DNA from: Squalus acanthias
Taxonomy: Eukaryota
Direction of reading: 5' to 3'
Assembly (NCBI GenBank): GCA_030390025.1
Contig: CM059432.1
Location: 117,740,001 to 117,804,000, forward strand
DNA length: 64,000 nt
Every line of letters starts with the position of its first letter. Within the stretch, counting starts at the first letter, position 1. A program made the position numbers and the translations under genes. Shown piece by piece: positions 13,401 through 24,294 of the stretch. A model generated the notes under the pieces. The model was given only the letters and a program-made list of their open reading frames with translations. It was not told the origin of the DNA and ran no database searches.

Positions 13401-14127
13401 ACTTGGTGTCATATTTCACCCTGAAATGAGCCTCCGACCACATATCCGCAGCATAACAAAGTCCGCCTATTTATACCTCCGTAACATCGCCCGTCTCCGC
13501 CCTTGCCTCAGCTCATCTGCTGCTGAAACCCTCATCCATGCCTTTGTTACCTCTAGACTTGACTATTCCAACGCACTCCTGGCTGGCCTTCCACATTCAC
13601 CCTACGTAAACTTGAAGTCATCCAAAACGCGGCTGCCCGTGTCCTGACTCGCACCAAGTCCCGTTTGCCCAACACCCCTCTGCTCGCTGACCTACATTTA
13701 CTCCCGGTTAAGCAGCGCTTCAATTTCAAAATTCTCATCCTTGTTTTCAATCCCTCCATGGCCTCGCCCCTCCCTATCTCTGTAATCTCCTTCAGCCCCA
13801 CAACCCTCCGAGATATCTGCGCTCCTCTAATTCTGCCCTCTTGAGGATCCCTGATTATAATCGCTCAACTTTTGGTGGCCGTGCCTTCTGTTGCCTAGGC
13901 CCTAAGCTCTGGAATTTCCTGCCTAAACCTGTCCGCCTAGCTACCTCTCTTTCCTCCTTTAAGATGCTCCTTAAAACCTACCACTTTGACCAAGCTTTTG
14001 GTCATCTGCCCTAATTTCTCCTTATGTGGATCGGTGTCAAATTTTTTGTCTTAAAATACTGCTGTGCGGCGCCTTGGGACGTTTTACTACGTTAAAAACG
14101 CGATATAAATACAAGATGTTGTTGTTG
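13401..14127 (+). mobile_element. L2 LINE 3' fragment
   Basis: LGVIFHPEMSLRPHIRSITK..HAFVTSRLDYSNALLAGLP; ends ATATAAATACAAGA(TGT)n. Confidence 0.9.
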
Positions 14128-14365
14128 AACATAAGATGTAGGCTGACACTCTGGTGCAGTACTGAGGGAGTGCTGCACTGTTGGACGGTACCATCTTTCA
14201 GATAGGACATTAACATGAAGCCCCGTCTTCCCTCTCAGATGGATGTAAAAGATCCCATGGCACTATTTTGAAGAAGATTTCTCCCCGGTGTCCTGGCCAA
14301 TACTACACTTCAAAAAGTACTTAATTGACTGTAAAGCACTTTGGGATGTCCTGAGGTTGTGAAAG

Positions 14366-15953
14366 AGAGTTTCGCAATTATCGCGATTCAAATTACATGA
14401 GAGAAGCAGATTCAATTGATCATTTTTATTAAACGAAATGCTGTCCTGATAATAAAGGACACAGAAGCCTGTAAAATGGCCGCCGCACATCGTGGCAGAA
14501 GCTTCCAGAGACACAGTGGGCAGACAAGATGGTGTCGAATATACATTCAGTATGAGATCGGATCATACTCGGTACACATTGAAAAGGCAGGATGCAACCC
14601 GTTTGCATCCTAGACAATAGCAATGATATAAGTGCTGGAATCGTTTCCTACGCACAGTAAGGATCATTGAACTGGGCCATCGAGAACCCATCTAGACACA
14701 TCAATACACAAATACCCACCCGGCTCAACAATGAGAGAGACATTGGCGGGTGATTAAGCCAGTATTCGGGGGGCCCCAAAACCAGTCAAGGAGACGATTC
14801 ATACACATCCTGGCTGGCTCAACAATGGAGAAGGTATTAACGGATAGTTGGCCAGTTTCAGGTGTTACTGAAACCCGTTAAGAAGATAATCGCCCCATGC
14901 TGGGAGTTTTGGGCGCCAAAATCACACAAAGAATAAACGTTTAGATTTGAGCGGGAGATAAGGCCGACAAAACAGTATAACTATAGAGGACAAATGTCCA
15001 TCGGTCTCTGGCTGAACTCTCTCTCTTCCTGAAGCTCTTGCTGGACTCTGTTGACTCTTGACTCTTAGCCGTGCTGGTCGGTTATTCGAGTGTTGGGTGG
15101 AGCTCAATCGGAACGAGCCGCCTCGACAGGGCAAGTAACAGGGTACGCCATCCCGAGTGTCGGTAAACGGTGTCCGGACCCAGAGGCCCGAGTGACGAGA
15201 AGAAAGACGAGAAGAAAGACGAGAAGAAATTCCACGTGCCGCCACGGTCAGTAAACCCCGACCGCGCCCAAAGATATAACGACAGAACCCATCTTTTGAA
15301 TTCTACCGACTACTACATGAACCATTTCCTTTGAATTCTACGGATTACTGCACGATCCGGTCTGAATCCATCGACTACTTCATGACATCAGGGAATCTGG
15401 CTTACCTTTCGCGGCAGCGAGAGTAAACAAGTGGGGTGCAGAAACCCTCACAACCACGTGACAGTCAGGCGCTGCAGCGAAACGAGCTGAGTGCCTCACT
15501 TTAAATTTCCGAAGTGAGCCGAGTGGTGAGCATGTTTTCCGATCCTACAAATCCAGACGTAGTTTAGGTATATTAAGGGAGGGTGGTTTTTTCTAAGGTT
15601 AATGTATAATGTGTTCCCCCTTTTACGATGTGTCGTGTGTTCCCCATTTCCATAGACCAAGTTTTATGAATGTGTGCATACTTGTACTCTCTTTGATCTG
15701 CGCCTATGACATGTATTTCATGATTTTAGACGCCATGCAATAAAGATATTCATTTTGTGCTATTCGACCGGGTCTATTTGAGTCTTTCTCTGCATTACTG
15801 CTCCTTGCATCTAAGTCCAGGTGTCAGAACCGTAAGGGCGAGTGGGTCGAACCACTCACAGGTGCTTATTGCAAAAGTCTGGCCGGAGACCAGTGCAAGC
15901 AAAAGTATAGGCAACGAAGGCCTCACCTCGCACCAGTACCGTGACCCCTTACA
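14366..15953 (+). mobile_element. Solo LTR (LTR-1), 5' end apparently deleted
   Basis: Ends CCCCTTACA; AATAAA 15739; TATAA 14976 preceded by AGATTTGAGCGGGAGATAAGG; shares motifs with the LTRs at 43122 and 44582; interrupts a SINE; no 5' TG or TSD visible. Confidence 0.7.
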
Positions 15954-15994
15954 GGCACTATATAAATGCAAGTCTTTCTTTTTCTTTTTCCAAA

Positions 15995-18900
15995 AACCAA
16001 TGTCACATGGCTGTCTGAGTGCGTGCAGCCCAACTCACACTCCCCTTGTATCTCTTGCCCAAAACCTTAAATCTGTGTCCCCCATTCCTTGTACCATCAA
16101 CTAATGGGAACAGCCTTTCTCTGTCTACCTTATCCAAACCCGCCATAATCTTGTACACCTCAATCAAACCTCCCCTCAAACTCCTTTGCTCCAAGGAGAA
16201 CAATCCCAGTTTCTCCAACCTAACCTTGTCGCTAAAATCCCTCATCCCTGGAACCATTCTGGTAAATCTCCTCTGCACCCTGTCAAGGACCTTCACATCC
16301 TTCCTAAAGTGTGGTGACCAGAACTGGATGCAATACTCTAGTTGTAGCCTAACCAGAGCTTTATAAATGTTCAGGATAACTTCCCTGCTTTTGTACTCAA
16401 TACCTCTATTTATGAAGCCCAAGATCCCATATGCTCTGCTAACTACACTCTCAATATGTCCTGCCACCTTCAAAGGTCTGTGCACATGAACCCCCAGGCC
16501 CCTCTGTCCCTGCACACTCTTTAGAACTGTGCCATTGAGTCTATATTGCCTCTCCCTATCGCTTCTGCCAAAATGCATCACCTCACACCCCTCTGTATTA
16601 AATTCCATCTGCCACTTGTCTGCCCATTCTGCTAGCCTATCTATGTGCTGTTGCAGTTGATTGGTATCATCCTCACTGTTTGCCACACCACCAAGTTTGG
16701 TGTCATCGGCAAATTTTGAAATGTTACTCTGTATTCCAATATCCAAGTCATTTATATATATCAAAAAAAGCAGTGGTCCTAGCAATCACCCTTGGGGAAC
16801 ACCACTGTCTACCATCCTCCAGTCTGAAAAACAACCATTTACCACGACTCGCTGTTTTCTGTCCTTAAGCCAATTTCTTATCCAAGCTGACACTGACCAT
16901 CCTATTCAATGAACCTCAATTTTGTTATCCAGCCTTTTATATGCTACTTTGTCAAACGCTTTCTTAAAATCCATGTAGACAACATCCACTGCATTCCCTT
17001 CATCAACCTTCTCTGTTACTTCATCAAAAAATTCAATTAGGGAGTGCAACAAAGGTTCATGAGATTGATTCCTGGGATGGTGGGACTGTCGTATGAGAAG
17101 AGATTGAGTAAACTAGGCCTGTATTGTGTACAGTTTTGGTCTCCTTAACTACGGAAGGATATACTTGCCATAGAGGGAGTGCAACGAAGGTTCACCAGAC
17201 TGGTTCCTGGGATGGGGGGATTGTCCTATGAGGAGAGGTTGAGTAGACTAGGCCTATATTCTCTAGAGTTTAGAAGAATGAGAGGTGATCTCATTGAAAC
17301 ATACAACATTCTTACAGGGGTTGACAGGGTAGATGCAGGGAGGATGTTTCCTCTGGCTGGGGAGTCTAGAACCAGGGGTCACAGTCTCAGAATAAGGGGT
17401 CAGCCATTTAGGACTGAGATGAGGAGAAATTTCTTCACTCAGAGGGTGGTGAATCTTCGGAATTCTCTACCCCAGAGGGCTGTGGAGGCTCAGTCGTTGA
17501 GTATATTCAAGACAGAGATCAATAGATTTTTGAATATTAAGGGAATCAAGGGATCTGGTGATAGCTCAGGAAAGTGGAGATGAGGTAGAAGATCAGCCAT
17601 GATCTTATTGAATGGCGGAGCAGGCTCGAGGGGCCAAATGGCCTACTCCTGCTCCTATTTCTTATGTTCTTATGTTCTATTCTCATATTCTCTCTGCCAG
17701 TCCTATTTTCCTCTTCACTTCCTCTCTCAACTTATTGTATTTGGTCTGGTTCTCACTTGAAGAATTCATCTGACATGCATCATACACCCTCTTTTTTTGT
17801 TTCATCATATTCTCTATCTCCCTCATCATCCAAGGAGCCCTGGCTTTGGTTCCCCTACCTTTTCCTCTGTTGGAATGTACCTAGCCTGTACCTGAAACAT
17901 CTCCTCCTTAAAGATCACCCATTGTTCCATTACAGTTTTTCCTGTCAATCTTTTGTTCCATTTTACCCTGGCTAGATCCCCTCTCATCCCATTGAAGTTA
18001 GCCCTCTTCCAATTTAGAAGTTCTACTTTAGATTGTTCTTTGCTCTTCTCCATTGCTAATCTAAATCTTATGATACGGTGATCACTCGTACCCAAGTGTT
18101 CTCCCACAGACACTTGGTCCACTTGGCCCACCTCATTCCCCAGCACCAGATCCAGCAATGCCTCCTTCCTAGTTGGGCTGAGAATATACTGGTCAAGGAA
18201 GTTCTCCTGAACACATTTCAGAAATTCCACCCCCTCCTTTCACTTTACCCTAGCATTATCCCAATCGATATTTGGGTAATTAAAGTCCCCCAATATCACC
18301 ATTCTATAGTTCTTGCACATCTCTGCGATTTCCCTGCAGATTTGCTCCATCCCTCCCTCACTATTTGGAGGCCTATAGGATACCCCCAATAGTGTGATCA
18401 TACCCTCTTTGCTTCTCAACTCTAACCAAGTGGATTCTGTCCTTGCCCCCTCAAGGACATCCTCTCTTTCCAACACTGCAATGTCTTCCATAATCAGTGC
18501 TGCCACCCACCTCCCTTTTTTCCTGCCCTATCTTTTCTGAACACCTTGTACCCTTGAATATTAAGTGCCCAGTCCTCACCATTTTTAAGCCACGTTTCTG
18601 TTATTGCCACTACATCATATTCCCAAACGACTAATTGTGCTTGTAGCTCACCAACCTTATTCACCACACTTTGTGTGTTTACATACATGCATTCCAAACC
18701 TGTCTTTGTATTCCTCATTGTCCTTCTTACTCTGCTCCTATCTAATATGATACTATTTCTTTCTCTAGTATTATCCAACACTCTCCCTCCTTTATGCACC
18801 TTATTCCTCTTTTCTACTTCTATATGCTGGTGCCCACCTCCCTGCCAATTTAGTTTAAACCCACCCCAACCACACTCGTGAACCTCCCCGCGAGGACATT

Positions 18901-20010
18901 GGTCCCAGTCCTGTTGAGGTGCAACCCGTCTCTTTTGAATCAGTGCCTCCTGCCCCAGAACTGGTCCCAATGTGCCAAGAGTCTGAAGCCCTCCCTCCTG
19001 CACCATGCCCCAAGCCACGCATTGATCCTCCCTATCTTCCTATTTCTACTCTTGCTGGCGCGTGGCACTGGGAGTAATCCAGAAATTACTACCTTTATGG
19101 TGCTACTTTTTAACTTCCTCCCTAGCTCCTGAAAGTCTGACTGTAGGACCTCAATACCTGCCCTCTCTATGTCGTTGGTACCGATGTGCACCACAACTTC
19201 TGGCTCACTCCCTTCCCCCTGCAGAATATTCTGCACCCTCTCCATGATGTCCTTTACCCTGGCACCAGGGAGGCAACACACCATACGGGACTCACGGTGA
19301 CGGTTACAGAAACGCCAGTCTGTCCCCCTAACTATGGAATCTCCGATAACAACTGCATTTCTATGCTTTGCTGTTCCCCCCTGTGCACTGTCTTGCCCAT
19401 TGGTGCCATGGTCTGGACTGTACTCCTTCAAGGTGTCGTCACTCCCAGCAATCTCCAATGCTGTGTACTGGTTTGAGTGTGACACCCCGAAGACTCCTGC
19501 ACTTCCTACCTCTTCCTACTCTTCCGGGTGGCCACCCATTACTATCGTGAACTCTCTCTGCCTGTGGGGTGGCCACCTCCTGGAATATAGAGTCCAGGAA
19601 ACTCTCAGCCTCCCTGATGTTCCGCAGTGACTCCAGCTCGGAAACCCTGAGCTCGAGCTCAAGCAGCTGGAAGCACTTCCTGCACACATGGTCCCCCAAG
19701 ACACATGAAGTGTCCTGAAGTTCCCACATGGCGCAGGAATTGCATTCAACAGGTATCAGCTACCCATTCATGATCTAAAAAATGTCTATTCCCTCTTTCA
19801 GAAGCTAATTAGTATCTTGTTTAAACTATTAATTTGAATTAATGTCTCCAGACCGCAGCTCTCAGGTATTGCTGTCGCACGCTCCTTCTCTTGGACTGTT
19901 CCTTGTTTTTTAAAATACCAGAACCGCACCACTTCCCTCAATGCTCCGAATTCCCTCACGCACCAAATTCCGAGTTTAGTATTCTGTAGAAGCAGTACTC
20001 CGTCGAACTG
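15995..20010 (-). mobile_element. CR1 LINE, decayed, near full-length with internal deletion; interrupted by a plus-strand CR1 fragment
   Basis: RT C-terminus 16003-16785 (KFADDTKLGG); APE fragments 17826-19018; ORF1 esterase GDSIVRG/HIGTND 18940-19485 and zinc finger 19439-19729. Confidence 0.9.
17041..17680 (+). mobile_element. 5'-truncated CR1 3' end with a rearranged 5' junction
   Basis: QRRFTRLVPGM..YSLEFRRMRGDLIE (17179-17583); CR1 3' UTR GGGCCAAATGGCCTACTCCTGCTCC and (TTCTTATG)n tail. Confidence 0.9.
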
Positions 20011-20639
20011 GACTCAGTGTTCCGTGCAATCTTACAAACAAACACAAAACCTTAAAAATGATCCGACAAACAAAAGTCTCGTAACAACAAAATAAAGCAG
20101 TGAAAAATGCAATGGAAAATGCCACTATGAAAAGTCCACTTATCGGAAATGCTGCAGTTCAAGCTATGACAACTTCCTCACAGCCGAGCTTTCATCGACT
20201 GTTTTATATACGCCGGATGAGCAATTATCATTATCCATCAAAAAAACCCTTGAGTAAGACAACTCGTTTGGAGAATAAGTCAGTGATTCCCCATAAAAGT
20301 CACATATTTTCCATGAATAAATGCATAAAGTAACGAGACAGGATGTTAACAGGAAGCTCAGCTGTTTGAGTATCATGGCGACTTTCAGTTGAACTTGTTT
20401 GTCTCCAGTTTTATCTGTTCTCAATCTCAGTGTTAGCCTAGAAATGACCATTAACAATATCAGCATGTGAATATTTCACACATTCCGATGACATTCCTCT
20501 ATTAGCTATTTTAACACAACTGGGACAGAGGAAAGCCATTAAGTATCCATGATTGCATTCAGTAGCTACTGGGCTTTTATACCGAGTTCAGATGTTTCAT
20601 TTTGGGAGAAGATAACTCTGATACTGTCCAACCTCGCCT

Positions 20640-20790
20640 TTTGACCAAAAAAAACTCAAAATACTGTTGATGCTGGAAACTTGAAACAGAAAATGCTGGG
20701 GACACTCAGCAGGCCAGGCAGCATCTTTTGAGAGAACACAAGGCAGTCAAAAATTGAGTGTCGAACCATTCCTCAGAATGAAGAAAGGCT
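20640..20790 (-). mobile_element. Short Penelope-like terminal fragment
   Basis: AAATACTG..GATGCTGGAAA..CACTCAGCAGGCCAGGCAGCATC is the reverse complement of the Penelope tail at ~60815-60885. Confidence 0.6.
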
Positions 20791-20829
20791 CAAAAATTGG
20801 GGCTTTCTTGCTGGAACAGAGAAGGCTAA

Positions 20830-21504
20830 GGGCTAGAAATTGGGCAGCTTAGTGCCTCCCGTTATGGACTCCGGGGGTGGGGGGGGGCGATAATGGGGCG
20901 CTAAGCACTTACCGACCGGGCGCGGCGAGAAGATCGACTCCCGCCAAATTCGGCGGGAGGTTTGCAATGGCGGTATGGTGTGCGCCTCGATCTCCTTCGT
21001 CCGGAGATCGTGCCGTCATCGCCATGCGCATCGCCCCTGTAGCGCCCCGGACCCAAACTTCAGTTCCGTCCCCTGCAGCATCGCCGGGCAAAAACACCGG
21101 CAGCTGCAGGAGGTATTCATCGGGAGGCCGGGCGCTTCGGGGGCGATACTTAAAGGCGAGGTGGCTGAGGTAAGTGGAAAAAATTCTTAAATGGTCTTTC
21201 AGGTTTTTTTTCATTTTCCTTCGCCAGCGATCGATCAGCCCGGCACTTTGCTACTGTGCATCGGGCTGATTGAGCCAGATCGCGGCTGCCATTGGGGACC
21301 AGGTAAGGTTTTTCCTTGCAGAGCCTGCAGCGTTGACCCTTCCCTTTAAGGCAGGGAAGGAGCCTTCCAACGTAGCAGTGCTGCACAGCCCATTGAGCTT
21401 GAGTTAGCGCTCCACTTTCTTCCTGGAGCACAAAACCGAATTTTTTTTAAGTTGAAAAACAAAAAGTTAGTGCCCCAAACGGGGCAATAATAAATTTCTC
21501 CCCC
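20830..21504. mobile_element. Non-autonomous Harbinger MITE (675 bp)
   Basis: TIRs GGGCTAGAAATT / AATTTCTCCCCC; TSD TAA (20827-20829, 21505-21507); CpG-rich, with GGCGCTAA-type motifs. Confidence 0.85.
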
Positions 21505-21649
21505 TAATAATCTAATGCAGGTTTTCCAAATTACAAAAGGTTTTGAAAGAATAAGTAGTAAAAGATTACTTCCATTTTTGGCACATGAAAGGAGGAATAA
21601 AATAATTTTTTCACACAGATGATTATAAGAACATGAAATGTTTTACCAC

Positions 21650-22980
21650 AAGTATCGACAGTGCTATTAAGCGACATTTACTCACCAGTAACCTGCTCGC
21701 TCATGCCCAGTTTGGGTTCAGCCAAGGCCACTCGGCCCCCGCCCTCATTACTGCCTTGGTCCAAACATGGACAAAAGAGTTGAATTCCAGAGGAGAAGTG
21801 AGAGTGACTGCCCTTGACATCAAGGCAGCATTTGACCGAGTGTGGCATGAAAGAGCCCTAGTAAAACTGAAGTCAATGGGAATCAGGGGGGAAAATCTCC
21901 ACTGGCTGGAGTCATACCTAGCACAAAGGAAGATGGTTGTGGTGATTGAAGGTCAATCATCACAGCCCCAGGACATCACTGCAGGAGTTCCTCAGGGCAG
22001 TGTCCTAGGCCCAACCATCTTCAACTGCTTCATCAATGACCTTCCCTCCAACATAAGGTCAGAAATGGGGATGTTCGCTGATGACTGCACAGTGTTCAGC
22101 ACCATTCACAACTCGTCAGATAACGAAGCAGTCCATGCCTGCATGCAACAAGACCTGGACGACGTTCAGGCTTGGGCTGATAACTGGCAGGTAACATTCA
22201 CGCCACAGAAGTACCAGGCAATGACTATCTCAACAAGCGAGAGTCTAACCACCGCCCTTGACATTCAATGGTATTACCATCGCCGAATCCCCTACCATCA
22301 ACATCCTGGGGGGTCACCATTGACCAGTAACTTAACTGGACCAGCTGCATAAATACTTTGGCAACAAGAGCAGGTCAGAGGCTAGGTATTCTGCAGTGAG
22401 TATCTCACCTCCTGACTCCCCAGAGCCTTTCTACTATTTACAAGGCACAAGTAAGGAGTGTGACGGAATACTCTCCACTTGCCTGGATGAGTGCAGCTCC
22501 AACAACACTCAAGAAGCTCGACACCATCCAGGACAAAGCAGCCCGCTTGATTGGCACCCTATCCACCACCTTAAACATTCTCACCCTCCACCACCGGCAT
22601 ACCGTGGCTGCAGTGTGTACCATCTACAAGATGCACTGCAGCAACTCGCCAAGGCTTCTTCGGCAGCACCTCCCAAACCCACGACCTTTTCCACCTAGAA
22701 GGAGAAGGGCAGCAGATGCATGGGAACACCACCACCTCCAAGATCCCCTCCAAGTCACACTCCATCCTGACTTAGAAGTATATCGCTGTTCCTTCATCGT
22801 CGCTGGGTCAAAATGCTGGAACTCCCTCCCTAACAGCACTGTTGGGAGTACCTTCACCACACGAACGGCAGCGGTTCAAGAAGGGGGCTCACCACCACCT
22901 TCTCAAGGGCAATTAGGGATTGGCAATAAATGCTGGCCTTGCCAGCGACGCCCACAACCCATAAATGAATTAAAAACATT
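21650..22980 (+). mobile_element. CR1-group non-LTR retrotransposon of a distinct family, 5'-truncated RT pseudogene
   Basis: [28 protein letters not shown] motifs (21633-22352), EYSPLAW, WNSLP; 3' UTR with AATAAATGCTGGCC; related tail fragments at ~48820-48900 and ~49700-49800 (minus). Confidence 0.85.
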
Positions 22981-23150
22981 TTTTTTTGAAGTACCGTGAC
23001 AGACACTATAACATAATTTGTAAGGGAATTCATATACAGCATAGAAGGAGGCAATTCTGTCCATCGTGCCTGTGTCGGCTCTTTGGAAGACCTATTCAAT
23101 TAGTCCCACTCCCCTGCTCTTTCCTCATAGCCCTGCAAATCTTTCCCCTT

Positions 23151-23941
23151 CAACAACAACAAGAACTTGCATTTATATAGTGCCTTTAATGTAGTAAAAC
23201 TTCCCAAGGTAATTCACAGGAGCGTTACAAAAAAAAAAATTGATACTGAGCCACAAAAGGATGAAGGACTGGTGACCAAAAGTTTGGTAGGTTTTAAGGA
23301 GCATCTTCAAGGAGAAAAGACAGGTATAGAGTTGGAGAGGTTTAGCGAGGGAATTACAGAGCCTAGGGCCTAGGCAGCTAAAGGCATAGATGGCAATTGT
23401 GGAATGATTAAAATCGGGATGTGCAAGAGGCCAGAATTGGAGGAGCACAGAGATCTTGGAGGGTTGTAGGGCTGAAGGTTGTTACAGAGCTAGGGAGGTG
23501 CAAGACCATGGAGGGATTTGAAAATAAGGATGAGAATTTTAAAATTGAGGCATTGCTGGAGCGGGAGCCAATGTAGCGAGCACAGGGGTGATGGGTGAAC
23601 GGGACTTACTTGGTGCGAGTTAATATACGGGCAGCAGAGTTTCGGATGAGTTCAAGTTCATGGAGGGTGGAAGATGGGAGGCTGGCCAGGAGAACATTGG
23701 AATAGTCACGTCTAGAGGGAACAAAGGCATGGATGAGAATTTCAGGAGCAGTTTGGCTGAGGTGGGGCAGAGACAGGCGATGTTACGGAGGTGGAATAGG
23801 TTATCTAGGCAATGGAGTGGATATGTAGTCAGAAGTTCATCTCAGGGTCAAAAGGATGCCGAGTTCCAGTTCAGCCTCAGACAGTGACCAGGCAGAGGAT
23901 GAAGGTGGTGGCTAGGGAATGGAATTTGAGGCAGGGACTAA
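23151..23941 (-). mobile_element. L2 LINE 3' fragment
   Basis: (CAA)n tail at 23151, TTGCATTTATATAGTGCC; sequence collinear with the other L2 copies. Confidence 0.85.
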
Positions 23942-24294
23942 GGGGTAGAAATTAGGTCGCGCCCCATTTGGGGCGCAAATATCGTCCGGACGCAAATATT
24001 AGCGCCTGGCGCTAATTATCGGCACTGACAGGAAACTTCACTTTTACCGGGAGGTGAGTGGAGCGCTAAAGCAGGTGCTGCACACCTGTCTTAAGGCGCA
24101 AAGGCCAAGGAGTGAGGCGCTAACTCAGCGCGCGAGCGCAGCGCAGCTGCTGCCAGTTAGCGAGGGAACACAGACACACTGGCGCCGGACACTTCTTAAA
24201 GCGGGGGGGGCCACTTGCTCCCCAGCCACACCCTGCTCATTGCAGCCTTGAATCTCAGCCTGGAGAGACCTGTAAATCCATTTTGCTGTCAAGC

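Larger units (their letters stand above)
13332..15990 (+). mobile_element. DeuSINE-family SINE broken into three pieces (13332-13400, 14128-14365, 15954-15990) by an L2 and an LTR
   Basis: Pieces align in order with the contiguous copy at 50815-51255 (tRNA head; TAGGCTGACACTC..GTACTGAGGGAGTG; GTTGTGAAAG|GCACTATATAAATGCAAGTC). Confidence 0.8.

Noticed and set aside
20030..20160. Minus-strand transmembrane-like exon (FPISGLFIVAFSIAFFTALFCCY)
   Set aside because: Weak acceptor; T-rich sequence gives F/L/V/C-rich translations by chance; no homology recognised
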